DNA of 64,000 bases from positions 369 to 64,368 of the forward strand of contig JACMOV010000221.1 of assembly GCA_014377845.1 (NCBI GenBank), given 5' to 3'. This document shows, one piece after another, positions 49,643 through 60,914 of the stretch. The stretch comes from Herminiimonas sp. (lineage in GTDB: Bacteria > Pseudomonadota > Gammaproteobacteria > Burkholderiales > Burkholderiaceae_D). The position numbers and the translations under genes are program-made. Within the stretch, counting starts at the first letter, position 1. Each line of letters opens with the position of its first letter. The notes under the pieces were generated by a model. The model was given only the letters and a program-made list of their open reading frames with translations. It did no database searches and was not told the origin of the DNA.

Positions 49643-50833
49643 ATGGAACTGGCGAAACGAAAGATCGTACTCGGCCTCACCGGTGGCGTGGCCTGTTACA
49701 AGGCAGCGGAACTGACGCGCGGCCTGATCAAGGCCGGGGCATCGGTGCAGGTCGTCATGACCGCCGCCGCCACGCAGTTCATCACGCCGGTGACGATGCA
49801 GGCGCTCTCGGGACAGGCCGTCTTCACCGATCAATGGGATGCGCGCATCGCCAACAACATGCCCCACATCGATCTGACCCGTGGCGCGGATGCGATCGTG
49901 ATTGCGCCCTGCTCGGCGGACTTCCTGTTCAAGCTTGCGCATGGCGCCTGCAACGACCTGCTATCGACATTGTGCGTGGCGCGCCCGCTGTCGATGCCGC
50001 TGCTGGTGGCGCCGGCCATGAATGTGGAGATGTGGCAGAACCCGGCGACGCAGCGCAATGTCGCGCAGGTACGCGCCGATGGCATCGCGGTGCTGGGTCC
50101 GGATTGCGGCGACCAGGCTTGCGGTGAAACCGGCATGGGCCGCATGCTGGAGCCGGCCGACTTGCTCGAGGCGATCATCGCCGCGTTTCAGCCGAAACAC
50201 CTCGCCGGCAAGCGGGTGCTCATCGACGCTGGACCGACCTTCGAGCCGATCGATCCGGTGCGCGGGATGACCAATCTGTCGTCGGGCAAGATGGGGTATG
50301 CCATCGCCCGGGCGGCGCGGGAAGCCGGCGCCGAGGTCGTGCTGGTGTCCGGGCCGACCGCACTGCCGACGCCGCTGGGCGTGCAGCGCATCGACGTGCA
50401 GACTGCGGCGCAGATGCATGACGCGGTGCTCACCCGTGCGGCGGGACAGGATGTGTTCATCGCCGTTGCCGCCGTCGCCGATTGGAGCGTGGTCAATGTC
50501 AGCGCCCAGAAGATCAAGAAAACGGCCGGCAAGGCGTCTCCGGAACTGCAGTTCATCCAGAACCCGGATATCCTCGCCGACGTGGCAGCGCTGCCGGATG
50601 CACCCTACTGCGTCGGCTTCGCTGCCGAGTCCGAAAACCTGCTGCAGCACGGTAGTGAAAAACGCCTCAGGAAAAAAATACCTCTGCTGGTCGGCAATAT
50701 CGGCCACGAAACCTTTGGCCGCAATGAAAATGAATTGATGCTGTTCGACGCGCAGGGAACCACGCATCTGCCGCTGGCCGGCAAGCTCGAGCTCGCCCGT
50801 CAACTCATCGCCGAAATCGCACGCCGACTCTGA
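49643..50833 (+). CDS. coaBC: Bifunctional phosphopantothenoylcysteine decarboxylase / phosphopantothenate--cysteine ligase
   Basis: 'LGLTGGVACYKA' and 'PAMNVEMW'. It has a two-domain length of 396 aa. Confidence 0.95.
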   Translation: MELAKRKIVLGLTGGVACYKAAELTRGLIKAGASVQVVMTAAATQFITPVTMQALSGQAVFTDQWDARIANNMPHIDLTRGADAIVIAPCSADFLFKLAHGACNDLLSTLCVARPLSMPLLVAPAMNVEMWQNPATQRNVAQVRADGIAVLGPDCGDQACGETGMGRMLEPADLLEAIIAAFQPKHLAGKRVLIDAGPTFEPIDPVRGMTNLSSGKMGYAIARAAREAGAEVVLVSGPTALPTPLGVQRIDVQTAAQMHDAVLTRAAGQDVFIAVAAVADWSVVNVSAQKIKKTAGKASPELQFIQNPDILADVAALPDAPYCVGFAAESENLLQHGSEKRLRKKIPLLVGNIGHETFGRNENELMLFDAQGTTHLPLAGKLELARQLIAEIARRL

Positions 50834-50933
50834 ATCCCGTCCACGCCTGCCGTACTGCGCATTACATGTTGCAAAGCGCACTGCGACAGGCGCGATATCA
50901 AATACATAACCTCAGAAACCTACGACAAGCTTC

Positions 50934-51383
50934 ATGAAAACCATCGACCTCAAGATTCTCGACCCGCGCCTGACCGAGCAGGTCCCGGCCTATGCCACGC
51001 CAGGTAGCGCCGGCCTCGACCTGCGCGCCTGCATCGACCTGCCGCTGACGATTACACCTGGCAGCACGCACCTGATCCCGACCGGTATCGCCATCCACAT
51101 CGGCGATCCTGGCTACGCCGCGATGATCCTGCCGCGCAGCGGCCTCGGCCACAAGCACGGCATCGTGCTGGGCAACCTGGTCGGCCTGATCGACTCCGAC
51201 TACCAGGGTCAGTTGATGGTATCGACCTGGAACCGCGGCGCTACCGACTTCGTCCTGCAACCGATGGACCGCCTGGCCCAGCTGGTGATCGTACCGGTGC
51301 TGCAGGTCGGCTTCAATGTGGTCGAGTCGTTCGACGCCAGCACCCGCGGCGCGAGCGGCTTCGGCAGCACCGGCAAACACTGA
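50934..51383 (+). CDS. dut: dUTP diphosphatase
   Basis: 'GSAGLDLRA', '[11 protein letters not shown]' and a C-terminal '[10 protein letters not shown]'. Confidence 0.97.
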   Translation: MKTIDLKILDPRLTEQVPAYATPGSAGLDLRACIDLPLTITPGSTHLIPTGIAIHIGDPGYAAMILPRSGLGHKHGIVLGNLVGLIDSDYQGQLMVSTWNRGATDFVLQPMDRLAQLVIVPVLQVGFNVVESFDASTRGASGFGSTGKH

Positions 51384-51394
51384 TGGAGCACGTC

Positions 51395-52516
51395 ATGTCA
51401 TTCATTTCTTCATGCGGCCGCATCGCACTGCGGCAGTTCCCGGCTCGGGCATCGACATCCATGGCGATCGCGGCTGCCTTGCTGGTTGCAGGCTGTGCGA
51501 CCGGACCGCGCGCCGTCGGCCCCGGCGCCGGTACGCCCGAGACGCCTTTCACAACGGCCAACCAGCCGCCGGCAGTGCCATCGAACACGCCGGAACAGGA
51601 AGCCCTGAAGGCCCGTGTCGCGCTGCAGGACCGCTTGTACCGGGTGGCCGCGCCGCTGCTGGTCAACAACCCCGAGCTCTGCAAGAACAACGCCCGCAAG
51701 CTGCTTGGATTCACTGCCAAGAACAAGTACTCGTACACCAGCGAATATGTCGATGCTGCCGAGCGCAGCTTCGGACTTGGCGACCGCCTGCACATCATGG
51801 CCGTGCTGGCCGGCAGTGGTGCTGCGCAGGCTGGACTGAAACCGGGCGATGTCCTGGTGGCGGTCGACGACAAGCCGATGCCGCAGGGCCCGAATGCCGA
51901 ACGTCTGGCTGCGGCCATCCTTGGTCCGCTGGTCAATACTCGCGCGAGCGTGAAGCTGACCGTAATCCGGGATGGCGTGCCGCAGACACCGATGGTACCC
52001 CTGACCATGGCATGCGCATTCATCATCGAGCTGGGCAATGCCGACAACGTCAATGCCTACGGCGACGGCCACCGCCTGATGATCACGCGGGGCATGCTGG
52101 GTTTCGCCCGCAGCGACACCGAACTGGCATACGTGATTGCGCGGGAAATGGCGCACAGCGCGCTCGGCCATCCGGCCCGCCTGCGCATGAGCGCAACTCT
52201 CGGTGGCATCATCGACTCCCTGATCCGCGTTCATCCGGACCTGAGCACGATGCCGGGGATGGCTGGCGTCAAACCGTTCCCGCAGGACGTGGATGCGGCT
52301 GCCGACACGCTGTCGCTCTACATGCTGGCGCGTGCCGGATACGACATCGACGGCGCGCCTCGTTTCTGGCAAAAGCTCGCCACGCAATATCCTGCAACCG
52401 TTCTGACCGGTTACACGGCGATCCATCCCGCCACCGCCTACCGGCTCGGCGTGATGGAAAGGATCGTGCCCGAGGTGAAGGCGAAAAAGGCGGCAAACGC
52501 GCGGCTGGCACCTTGA
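51395..52516 (+). CDS. M48-like / PDZ-domain lipoprotein with degenerate zinc motif
   Basis: Lipobox 'LLVAGCATG', PDZ 'AAQAGLKPGDVLVAVDDKPM', and an M48-like core 'ELAYVIAREMAHSALGH' followed by 'YMLARAGYD'. GGAG lies 6 nt before the ATG at 51395. Confidence 0.75.
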   Translation: MSFISSCGRIALRQFPARASTSMAIAAALLVAGCATGPRAVGPGAGTPETPFTTANQPPAVPSNTPEQEALKARVALQDRLYRVAAPLLVNNPELCKNNARKLLGFTAKNKYSYTSEYVDAAERSFGLGDRLHIMAVLAGSGAAQAGLKPGDVLVAVDDKPMPQGPNAERLAAAILGPLVNTRASVKLTVIRDGVPQTPMVPLTMACAFIIELGNADNVNAYGDGHRLMITRGMLGFARSDTELAYVIAREMAHSALGHPARLRMSATLGGIIDSLIRVHPDLSTMPGMAGVKPFPQDVDAAADTLSLYMLARAGYDIDGAPRFWQKLATQYPATVLTGYTAIHPATAYRLGVMERIVPEVKAKKAANARLAP

Positions 52517-52550
52517 TGCCGAAGGGCCTGGCTGACAATGTCAGACGTGC

Positions 52551-53480
52551 TTAGCCGGCGCCGATATGGGTTACCCGCTCGATCTCGGCGCGCTCCAGCG
52601 AGGGTGCGAACTGCAGGATGAAATCGATGGTGTACGACCGCAAATAAGCGCCGCGCCGCACCGCCAGGCGCGTGACGTTCGTGGCAAACAGGTGGCCGGC
52701 ATCGATTGCGTGCAGTCCCGCCACGCGCTGCGTACCGAGCGCCATCGAGGCGACAATCCCTACCCCAAGGCCGAGCGCGGCATACTGCTGGATCACGTCC
52801 GAATCCATCGCGGTCAACACGATGTCCGGCACGATGCCGGCGTCCTTGAACGCCGCATCGATGTGTCCGCGTCCCGTGAAGCCGACGTCGTAGGTAATCA
52901 ATGGATACGCGCCCAGGTCCTTGAGGGTCGGCTGTTGCACGCGGCTCAGCGGATGCCCCTCCGGCACCACGATCACGTGCCGCCACTCGTAGCAGGGGAA
53001 TGAGATCAGATCCTCGAACTGGCTCAGGCCTTCGGTTGCGATACCGACATCTGCCTTGCCGGACAGCACCCATTCGGCGATGTGTTCGGGCGAGCTCTGC
53101 TGCAGCGCGATCCGCACCTGCGGAAAGGCTGCGCGAAACGACTGCACCACTTTCGGCAGGACATAGCGGGCCTGGGTATGGGTAGTCGCCACTGTCAGGG
53201 TGCCGCTTTTCTTGCCCGCGAATTCGAGGCCGGCCTGCTGGAGGTTCTCTGCTTCCAGCAGCAGCCGGTCGACGATCAGCAGGATGCCCTTTCCGGGTTC
53301 GGTCAGGCCGGTCAGCCGCTTGCCGTTGCGCTCGAAAATTTCGACCCCCAGCTCATCTTCGAGTTCGCGGATCTGGCGCGACACGCCCGGCTGGGAGGTA
53401 AACAGCGCATTGGCCACCTCGGTGAGGTTGTAGCCGCGGCGCGCCGCTTCGCGGATGGATCGGAGTTGCTGGAAGTTCAT
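52551..53480 (-). CDS. cysB: CysB-type LysR family transcriptional regulator
   Basis: '[49 protein letters not shown]'. It has an ATGA overlap with the cysA stop. Confidence 0.9.
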   Translation of the reverse strand: MNFQQLRSIREAARRGYNLTEVANALFTSQPGVSRQIRELEDELGVEIFERNGKRLTGLTEPGKGILLIVDRLLLEAENLQQAGLEFAGKKSGTLTVATTHTQARYVLPKVVQSFRAAFPQVRIALQQSSPEHIAEWVLSGKADVGIATEGLSQFEDLISFPCYEWRHVIVVPEGHPLSRVQQPTLKDLGAYPLITYDVGFTGRGHIDAAFKDAGIVPDIVLTAMDSDVIQQYAALGLGVGIVASMALGTQRVAGLHAIDAGHLFATNVTRLAVRRGAYLRSYTIDFILQFAPSLERAEIERVTHIGAG

Positions 53481-54583
53481 GCGATTTCCTGTGCCTGGAT
53501 TGTCGTACCGCCGGTCGGCTGCGGCGCGCCAACGAACACCCGCAGACGCTTGGGCCGCACAGTCAGCAGGTCATGCTCTTTCAGTGCCAGCTGATTGAAG
53601 CGTTCGCTGGACATCACGACGTCGATCAGGCCGCCGTCATCCTCGCGTTCGAGTTCGAGCTGGGCCAGCGGGCCGATCGCATGCGCATGCCGCAGCCGCG
53701 CCACGATGCCTGGCGCACCCGGCGTATGGCGGTCGATCTCGAAGTCGTGCGGCCGCACGTAGCCGATGCCGGCTGCATCCTGCGCGGCGGCGTGGTCGGG
53801 GGCATCGAGCCGGATGCCGCCCGCTTCCAGCACGCCCTCGTGCACCCGGCCATGGAACAGGTTGACGTTTCCAAGGAATCCATAGACGAAGGGCGACGCC
53901 GGATGCTCGTACACTGCTTGCGGCGCACCCACTTGCTCGACCCGGCCGTGATGCATCAGGACGATGCGGTCGGCCACTTCCAGCGCTTCTTCCTGATCGT
54001 GCGTGACGAAGATGCTGGTCACTTTCAGCTCGTCATGCAGGCGGCGCAGCCAGCGCCGCAATTCCTTCCGTACCTGGGCATCGAGCGCGCCGAACGGCTC
54101 GTCGAGCAGCAGCACGCGCGGCTCCACCGCCAATGCCCGGGCCAGGGCGATGCGTTGCCGCTGACCGCCCGAGAGCTGTGGCGGATAGCGATCGGCCAGC
54201 CAGTCGAGCTGCACCAGCGACAGCAGCTTCATGACTTTTTCACGGATGATGGCTTCGGTGGGGCGCTCGCTGCGCGGCTTGACCCGCAGGCCGAAGGCGA
54301 TGTTCTCGAACACCGTCATGTGCTTGAACAGCGCATAGTGCTGGAACACGAAACCGACCTGGCGCTCGCGTACATGACGCGCCGAGGCATCCTCGCCGTC
54401 GAGCAGCACCTGCCCGCTGTCGGGCCGCTCAAGTCCGGCGATGATGCGCAGCAACGTCGTCTTGCCGCAACCCGACGGGCCGAGCAAGGCGGTCAGTTCA
54501 CCTGCCGGGAAAGTCAGCGACACGTCGTCGAGCGCGTTGAAGTTGCCGAAGTGCTTGCGGATATTGCGGACTTCGATCGCCAT
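53477..54583 (-). CDS. cysA: Sulfate/thiosulfate ABC transporter ATP-binding protein
   Basis: '[12 protein letters not shown]', '[15 protein letters not shown]' and '[11 protein letters not shown]', plus a C-terminal TOBE-like domain. Confidence 0.95.
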   Translation of the reverse strand: MAIEVRNIRKHFGNFNALDDVSLTFPAGELTALLGPSGCGKTTLLRIIAGLERPDSGQVLLDGEDASARHVRERQVGFVFQHYALFKHMTVFENIAFGLRVKPRSERPTEAIIREKVMKLLSLVQLDWLADRYPPQLSGGQRQRIALARALAVEPRVLLLDEPFGALDAQVRKELRRWLRRLHDELKVTSIFVTHDQEEALEVADRIVLMHHGRVEQVGAPQAVYEHPASPFVYGFLGNVNLFHGRVHEGVLEAGGIRLDAPDHAAAQDAAGIGYVRPHDFEIDRHTPGAPGIVARLRHAHAIGPLAQLELEREDDGGLIDVVMSSERFNQLALKEHDLLTVRPKRLRVFVGAPQPTGGTTIQAQEIA

Positions 54584-54601
54584 GGTTGCCGATGCCTTTA
54601 T

Positions 54602-54655
54602 GCTGATTGCGCTGATTGCGTTGATTGTGTTTATTGCGTTGATTACGCAAATTAC
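54602..54655. repeat. Five to six tandem 9-bp units filling the cysW-cysA intercistronic spacer
   Basis: Plus strand: GCTGATTGC GCTGATTGC GTTGATTGT GTTTATTGC GTTGATTAC GCAAATTAC. The mRNA sense is (G/A)CAATCA(A/G)C. Confidence 0.9.
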
Positions 54656-55566
54656 TGCGGTTGCCGCGAACGATCGCTGTCATGCGTTTCATCCCGAAGC
54701 CGCCACTCGATCACGGACTTCAACGCCAGTGTCGCCAGCGCCAGCAATGCCAGCAGCGAGGCGACCGCGAACGCGGCGGTGAAGTTGTATTCGTTGTAGA
54801 GGATCTCGACCTGCAGCGGCACCGTGTTGGTCTCACCGCGGATGTGGCCGGACACCACCGACACCGCACCGAATTCGCCCATCGCGCGGGCATTGCACAG
54901 AATCACGCCGTACACCAGGCCCCACTTGATGTTGGGCAGCGTGACATGCCAGAAGGTCTTCCAGCCAGATGCGCCCAGCACCAGCGCGGCCTCTTCCTCT
55001 TCGCTGCCCTGCGACTGCATCAGCGGAATCAGTTCACGCGCGACAAACGGAAACGTGACGAACATCGTCGCCAGCACGATGCCCGGGACCGCGAACAGGA
55101 TCTTGATGTCATGTTCGCGCAGCCACGGCCCGAACCACCCCTGCGCGCCGAACAGCAGCACATAAATCAGGCCGGAGATCACCGGGGAAACCGAGAACGG
55201 CAGATCGATCAGGGTCAGCAGCAGGTTCTTGCCGCGAAATTCGAACTTCGCAATGGTCCAGGCGGCGGCGACGCCGAACACCAGGTTCAGCGGCACCGCG
55301 ATGGCGGCAGTCAGCAAGGTCAGGCGTACCGCAGCCAGCGCGTCTTCCTCGACGATTGCGGCAAGGTAGACATCCCAGCCCTTTTTCAGCGCCTCGGCGA
55401 AGACCGCGGCCAACGGCACGAACAGGAACAGGGTCAAAAAGCCGAGCGCCACTGCGGTCAGCAGGATTCGCACCCAGGCCGGTTCCAGGGTTGCGTCCGG
55501 GGCGTGAGCGCGAGGACGCAGCGTGGCCGCAATCGGCGCGGAAATCAGATCGGGTACGGCAGCCAT
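54652..55566 (-). CDS. cysW: Sulfate ABC transporter permease
   Basis: Six TM helices and the EAA loop '[22 protein letters not shown]'. Confidence 0.93.
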   Translation of the reverse strand: MAAVPDLISAPIAATLRPRAHAPDATLEPAWVRILLTAVALGFLTLFLFVPLAAVFAEALKKGWDVYLAAIVEEDALAAVRLTLLTAAIAVPLNLVFGVAAAWTIAKFEFRGKNLLLTLIDLPFSVSPVISGLIYVLLFGAQGWFGPWLREHDIKILFAVPGIVLATMFVTFPFVARELIPLMQSQGSEEEEAALVLGASGWKTFWHVTLPNIKWGLVYGVILCNARAMGEFGAVSVVSGHIRGETNTVPLQVEILYNEYNFTAAFAVASLLALLALATLALKSVIEWRLRDETHDSDRSRQPQ

Positions 55567-55576
55567 CAGAGGGGCC

Positions 55577-56497
55577 TCATTGATTATTCCCGCGGCCGCG
55601 CTTGCGGCTCCAGGCTTGGAGCAGGTTGATCGACAGCAGCAGCAAGAACGACACGGTCAGCATCACCACCGCGATGGCCGTCGCGCCGGCATAGTCGAAC
55701 TGCTCGAGCTTGGTGATGATGAACAGCGGCGTGATCTCGGAGACCATCGGCATGTTGCCTGCGATGAAAATCACGGAACCGTACTCACCGGTGGCGCGGG
55801 CGAACGCGAGCGCAAAGCCGGTCAGCAGCGCCGGCAGGATGGCCGGGAACACGACCCGGATGAACGTCTGCAGGCGTGTTGCGCCAAGGCTGGCGGCGGC
55901 TTCCTCGAGTTCACGCTCGGCGTCTTCGAGCACCGGCTGTACGGTGCGCACGACAAATGGCAGACCGATGAAGGTCAGCGCCACCACCACGCCGAGCGGC
56001 GTGAAGGCGACCTTGATTCCCATCGGCTCGAGGGTGCGGCCGAGCCAGCCATGCGAGGAATACAGTGCCGTCAGCGCGATACCGGCCACGGCGGTGGGTA
56101 GTGCGAACGGCAGGTCGACCAGCGCATCGATGATCTTCTTGCCCGGGAATCGATAGCGCACCAGCACCCAAGCCACGATCCCGCCAAACACCACGTTGAG
56201 GATGGCAGCGATCAGCGCCGCGCCAAAGGTCAGCCGGTACGACGCCATCACCCGATCGGATGTCACCGCTGCGACAAAAGCCGGCCAGCGCATGGTGAAG
56301 GTCTTCAGGAACACCGCCGACAGCGGAACCAGCACGATCAGGCTCAGGTAGAAGAGCGTGAAACCGAGCGTCAGGCGAAAGCCGGGCATGACGCGGAACG
56401 GTTTGCCCGACGCAGGGAGATGCTTTTCCGGTGAAGGCGAGCCGATCGGCGGCGCAATGGGCGGCGAAAGCGGCAGCGAGGAAGATACGGCAGGCAT
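55577..56497 (-). CDS. cysT: Sulfate ABC transporter permease
   Basis: The EAA loop '[21 protein letters not shown]' and several TM helices. Confidence 0.93.
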   Translation of the reverse strand: MPAVSSSLPLSPPIAPPIGSPSPEKHLPASGKPFRVMPGFRLTLGFTLFYLSLIVLVPLSAVFLKTFTMRWPAFVAAVTSDRVMASYRLTFGAALIAAILNVVFGGIVAWVLVRYRFPGKKIIDALVDLPFALPTAVAGIALTALYSSHGWLGRTLEPMGIKVAFTPLGVVVALTFIGLPFVVRTVQPVLEDAERELEEAAASLGATRLQTFIRVVFPAILPALLTGFALAFARATGEYGSVIFIAGNMPMVSEITPLFIITKLEQFDYAGATAIAVVMLTVSFLLLLSINLLQAWSRKRGRGNNQ

Positions 56498-56773
56498 CGT
56501 GGCTTTCTTTATTACCTAATTGACTAACGAAAGCCGATAATTGCATTGAATTGCTATAACGCGAACGAATTTAATTGCATGTTGATAGAACCCGGTTGCA
56601 TAAGGGCGGTATTGTTTTTACGACTCGGCGATGCTTGCGTTGGCCGCCATCGTTTTAGAAAGTGAATGATGTTTCCGGGGGAGGCCCTCGTTTCCATCGC
56701 GATGCCACGGCTCACTCTCGCACCACCGTTGCTTGACCGTCTCGTCGTCCATATACGCCTGTTTCCGAACACG

Positions 56774-57817
56774 CTATTTCTTGCCGGGCTGATAAATCTG
56801 GTCAAAACTCCCGCCGTCCGCAAAATGCGTCTGCTGTGCCTTCGCCCATCCACCGAACACATCGTCAATGGTGAATAGCGTCACCTTCGGGAACTGCGCC
56901 GCGTATTTCGTCGCCGCCTTTGCCACGGTGGGGCGATAGTAATTTTTTGCGATCAGCTCCTGCCCGTCGTCCGTGTAGAGGTACTTCAGGTACGCCTCCG
57001 CCACCTTGCGGGTCCCGTGCTTGTCGACGACCTTGTCGACCAATGCCACCGGCGGTTCGGCCAGGATCGACAGCTTCGGCGCGACGATCTCGACCTTGTC
57101 GGGGCCGAGCTCCTTGATCGCCAGAAGCGCCTCGTTCTCCCATGCGATCAGCACGTCGCCAATGCCGCGTTCGACGAACGTGGTGGTGGCGCCGCGCGCA
57201 CCCGAATCCAGCACCGGCACGTTCCTGAATATTTTCGCAACGAATTCCTTCGCCTTGGCGTCGCTGCCACCCGGCTGCTTCAATGCATGGCCCCATGCGG
57301 CCAGATAGTTCCAGCGCGCGCCGCCGGATGTTTTCGGGTTCGGCGTGATCACGGCGATGCCCGGCCGGGCGAGATCGTCCCAGTCCTTGATGCCTTTCGG
57401 ATTGCCCTTGCGCACCAGGAACACGATGGTGGAGGAATACGGTGTGCTGTTGTGCGGCAGCCGTTGCGCCCAGTCTTTCGCCAGCAATCCGCGCTGGGCG
57501 ATCTCATCGATGTCGTAGGCCAGACCGAGGGTGACGACATCGGCGTCGAGGCCGTCGATAACGGTCCGCGCCTGCTTGCCGGAGCCGCCATGCGACTGCT
57601 TGATCTTCACGCTGTCGCCGGTTTGGGTTTTCCATTGTTTGATGAATGCGGCGTTGACGTCCTGGTAAAGCTCGCGTGTCGGATCGTAGGAGACGTTCAA
57701 CAAAGTGATGTCTGCCGCGTGCGCAAGGGAGGCCGCGGCGATTCCAAACGCAACGACCTGCAGCAGCGCAAATGTGGTGCCGCGCAACGACTTCGTGATT
57801 TTATTTTTGGATGACAT
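56774..57817 (-). CDS. sbp: Sulfate/thiosulfate ABC transporter substrate-binding protein
   Basis: A signal peptide, '[13 protein letters not shown]' and '[10 protein letters not shown]'. The start is at 'MSSKNK' (57817). The 84-codon 5' extension in the track was rejected. Confidence 0.93.
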   Translation of the reverse strand: MSSKNKITKSLRGTTFALLQVVAFGIAAASLAHAADITLLNVSYDPTRELYQDVNAAFIKQWKTQTGDSVKIKQSHGGSGKQARTVIDGLDADVVTLGLAYDIDEIAQRGLLAKDWAQRLPHNSTPYSSTIVFLVRKGNPKGIKDWDDLARPGIAVITPNPKTSGGARWNYLAAWGHALKQPGGSDAKAKEFVAKIFRNVPVLDSGARGATTTFVERGIGDVLIAWENEALLAIKELGPDKVEIVAPKLSILAEPPVALVDKVVDKHGTRKVAEAYLKYLYTDDGQELIAKNYYRPTVAKAATKYAAQFPKVTLFTIDDVFGGWAKAQQTHFADGGSFDQIYQPGKK

Positions 57818-58082
57818 CTGGATTCCCTGAGCGATTGAATGTGAGCGAAGGCATAGCGTAGAGCGATCGGTTCGGAATCCGAACGAATGCTTTCGGCCTT
57901 TGATATGCGCAGGCCGCATATGCCCGCCATTGCAGACCATGGATAATGGCGGCAACTCGCCTGGCTGCGATGCGCGCTGGCTCCGCGCGCCGATACATGC
58001 TGCCAGCCGCACTGCTAGCTGCACTGCGGACGGGGCTGCAGGCTGTCGGGCAGTCATTTCCATCACGATTCAAAGGGTTTTC

Positions 58083-59678
58083 ATGTCACGCTATTTCAAG
58101 CCAACCGCCGCACGGACCTTTCGGTTCCTGCTGGCCGGCACCGCCGCGCTCATGCTCGTGGCCGGCAGCGCGCCGGTCCACGCCGCCGAACTGAAGATCG
58201 GCCTTGCTGCCGATATCGCGTCGCTCGATCCGCACTATCTCAACATCGCACCGAACATCGCGCTGTCGTCGCACGTGTTCGACGCGCTGGTGCATGTCGA
58301 CGCGGCGGGCAAACTGATTCCGGGGCTGGCGCTGTCGTGGCGCGCAGTCGATGCCACCACCTGGGAATTCAAGCTGCGTCCCGGCGTGAAATTCCATGAC
58401 GGCTCCGCCTTCACGGCTGAAGACGCGATCTTCTCGCTCGACCGCCCGGCGTCGCTTGCCGGCAGTCCCGGACCATTCACCAGTTATACCCGCCAGATCA
58501 CCGCGAAGCAGGCAGTCGATCCGCTCACCCTGCGGTTGAAGACGGCCAAGCCCTACGGCGCTCTGCCACTGGATGTATCGACCATTTTCATCGTCTCGAA
58601 AAAAGCCGCGTCGAGAGCCACCACCGACGATTTCAACAGCGGCCGGGCGATGATCGGTACCGGACCGTTCCGCTTCGTGAGCTTCAAGCGCGGCGACCGC
58701 GCCGAACTGGCGCGAAACCCGGACTACTGGGGCGACAAGGCGGCATGGGACAAGGTCACCTTTCGCATCATCGCCAGCAACGCACCGCGTACTGCCGCCC
58801 TGCTCGCCGGCGACGTCGACGTGATCGAGGCCGTGCCGACCGCCGACATCGCCAACCTGAAGCGCAATGCGGCGTTCAAATTGGCGCAGACGGTCTCATG
58901 GCGCACGATTTTCTGGACCCTCGACCAGGCCGATCATGCATCGCCGTTCGTCACCGATGCGGCTGGCACGCCATTGGCGAAGAATCCATTGCGCGACCCG
59001 CGCGTGCGGCTGGCGCTCTCGAAGGCGATCAACCGGGCGGCCTTGGTCTCGCGCACCATGGAAGGACTGGCGCAACCGGCATCGAACATCGTTTCACCCG
59101 GTATTTTCGGCTACGACGCCGCCCTGAAAGTGGAAACCTACGACCCGGAAGGCGCAAAGAAACTCCTCGCCGAAGCGGGATTTCCGAACGGCTTCAACCT
59201 GACGCTGCATGGCCCGAACAACCGCTATATCAATGACGAGCAGGTGGTGCAGACCACGGCGCAGTTCCTCAGCCGCGTGGGCATCCGCACGAAAGTCGCG
59301 ACGATGCCGCTGGCGGTCTATTTCGGCCGCGCCAAGGCAGGCGAATTCAGCATGGCGCTTTTGGGCTGGGGCACGCTGGCCGGCGACTTCGGCTTGCGTA
59401 CCCTGATTGCGACGACCGATCCGGCCACGGGTTGGGGCGCTTGGAACTGGGGCAAGTACACCAATCCCGCAGTCGACCGCCTGGTCGGCCAGGCGCTCGC
59501 CTCGGTCGATGCGGGCACGCGCGAAGGCTTCGCGAAACAGGCAGCCTCTGTTGCGCTGCAGGATAACGCGGTCATTCCGCTGCACCACCAGATGGCGACC
59601 TGGGCCCTGCGCAAAGGTCTCGTCTATCCGGCCCGCATCGATGAATTTACATTTGCTCACCAGATACGACAGGAATAA
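58083..59678 (+). CDS. ABC transporter substrate-binding protein, family 5 (peptide/nickel type), orphan
   Basis: A signal peptide, 'LKIGLAADIASLDPH' and 'WEFKLRPGVKFHDGS'. No cognate permease or ATPase genes are adjacent. Confidence 0.85.
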   Translation: MSRYFKPTAARTFRFLLAGTAALMLVAGSAPVHAAELKIGLAADIASLDPHYLNIAPNIALSSHVFDALVHVDAAGKLIPGLALSWRAVDATTWEFKLRPGVKFHDGSAFTAEDAIFSLDRPASLAGSPGPFTSYTRQITAKQAVDPLTLRLKTAKPYGALPLDVSTIFIVSKKAASRATTDDFNSGRAMIGTGPFRFVSFKRGDRAELARNPDYWGDKAAWDKVTFRIIASNAPRTAALLAGDVDVIEAVPTADIANLKRNAAFKLAQTVSWRTIFWTLDQADHASPFVTDAAGTPLAKNPLRDPRVRLALSKAINRAALVSRTMEGLAQPASNIVSPGIFGYDAALKVETYDPEGAKKLLAEAGFPNGFNLTLHGPNNRYINDEQVVQTTAQFLSRVGIRTKVATMPLAVYFGRAKAGEFSMALLGWGTLAGDFGLRTLIATTDPATGWGAWNWGKYTNPAVDRLVGQALASVDAGTREGFAKQAASVALQDNAVIPLHHQMATWALRKGLVYPARIDEFTFAHQIRQE

Positions 59679-59792
59679 GCGGTAACTGTTGCGGATTTGC
59701 CGCACATGCAGCATGAAGGTGCGCTATATTAAGTTTGTTACTAAAGCGAAATATTTCATTCGCATTCGTACAATCACCTTACTTGCCCGAAC

Positions 59793-60647
59793 ATGTGCCA
59801 GTTACTGGGAATGAATTGCAACAGCCCTGCCGCCATCAGCTTCTCTTTCGAGGGCTTTTCCGCGCGGGGGGGGCGTACCGACGAGCACAAGGACGGCTGG
59901 GGCATCGCTTTCTACAAGGATGCGGTCTGCCAGCTATTCACGGATCACCTGTCTTCGATCACCTCGCCGCTGGCCGAGCGCATCAAGCGCAATCCGATCA
60001 AGTCGACCAACATCATTGCCCATATCCGCAAGGCGACGCAGGGTCCGGTCGTCCTGGAAAACAGTCATCCGTTCATGCGCGAACTGTGGGGCCAGCACTG
60101 GACCTTCGCCCACAACGGCGACCTCAAATCCTTCCACCCGCCAGGCGAAGGCCGGTTTCATCCAGTCGGGGAAACCGACAGCGAGCGCGCCTTCTGCTAC
60201 ATGATGGATCAGCTGCGGGAGCGCTTTGCAGAATACGCGACCACGCCGCCGTTGTCGGCGCTGTTCGACACGATCGCTGAACTGGCGCATGAAATCGGCC
60301 AGCATGGCGTGTTCAATTTCATGTTATCGAACGGCGCGGTGCTCTTTGCGCACTGCTCGACGAACCTGCACTATGTGGCACGCGCATTTCCATTCTCGAC
60401 CGCCCGCCTGATCGATTGCGACCTTAGCATCGATTTCAGCCAGCACAACCATCGCGACGATCGCATGACCGTCATCGCAACCAAGCCATTGACCTCCAAC
60501 GAAACCTGGACGGCCTTCCGCCCTGGCGAATTGAAGATGTTCGCCGAGGGACAAATCGCCGCGCACGCAGCGCCGCTGGCCCGCAACCGGCCCGCATCCA
60601 TGCAGCTGGAACCGCACCTCACGACGGCATCCCTCGCGCACGCCTGA
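59793..60647 (+). CDS. Class II glutamine amidotransferase (YafJ-like)
   Basis: N-terminal 'MCQLLGM' (Cys2 nucleophile), 'HIRKATQG' and 'NSHPF'. Confidence 0.85.
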   Translation: MCQLLGMNCNSPAAISFSFEGFSARGGRTDEHKDGWGIAFYKDAVCQLFTDHLSSITSPLAERIKRNPIKSTNIIAHIRKATQGPVVLENSHPFMRELWGQHWTFAHNGDLKSFHPPGEGRFHPVGETDSERAFCYMMDQLRERFAEYATTPPLSALFDTIAELAHEIGQHGVFNFMLSNGAVLFAHCSTNLHYVARAFPFSTARLIDCDLSIDFSQHNHRDDRMTVIATKPLTSNETWTAFRPGELKMFAEGQIAAHAAPLARNRPASMQLEPHLTTASLAHA

Positions 60648-60914
60648 ACGCCTGCTACGAGCGTCGGGGCAAGCGCTGTCCAGGCGGGGACCTGGCCAGT
60701 CCACCTGTTGTGTTTTTAACGCGTTCCACCCCGAAAAGTGCGCAAGACCCCGACATTAATCGTTTAAACTATTAAGTACGTGCAAGAAATTTTGCAGTAG
60801 CGACAGTGCGTCCGGAATGGATGTCGAGGTGTTTGCGCAACCGATCAACCGACAGGATTACTAGCCTGACCATAAACGACCACCTTCATTGGTCGCAAGC
60901 CCAGGGCCCACCTC

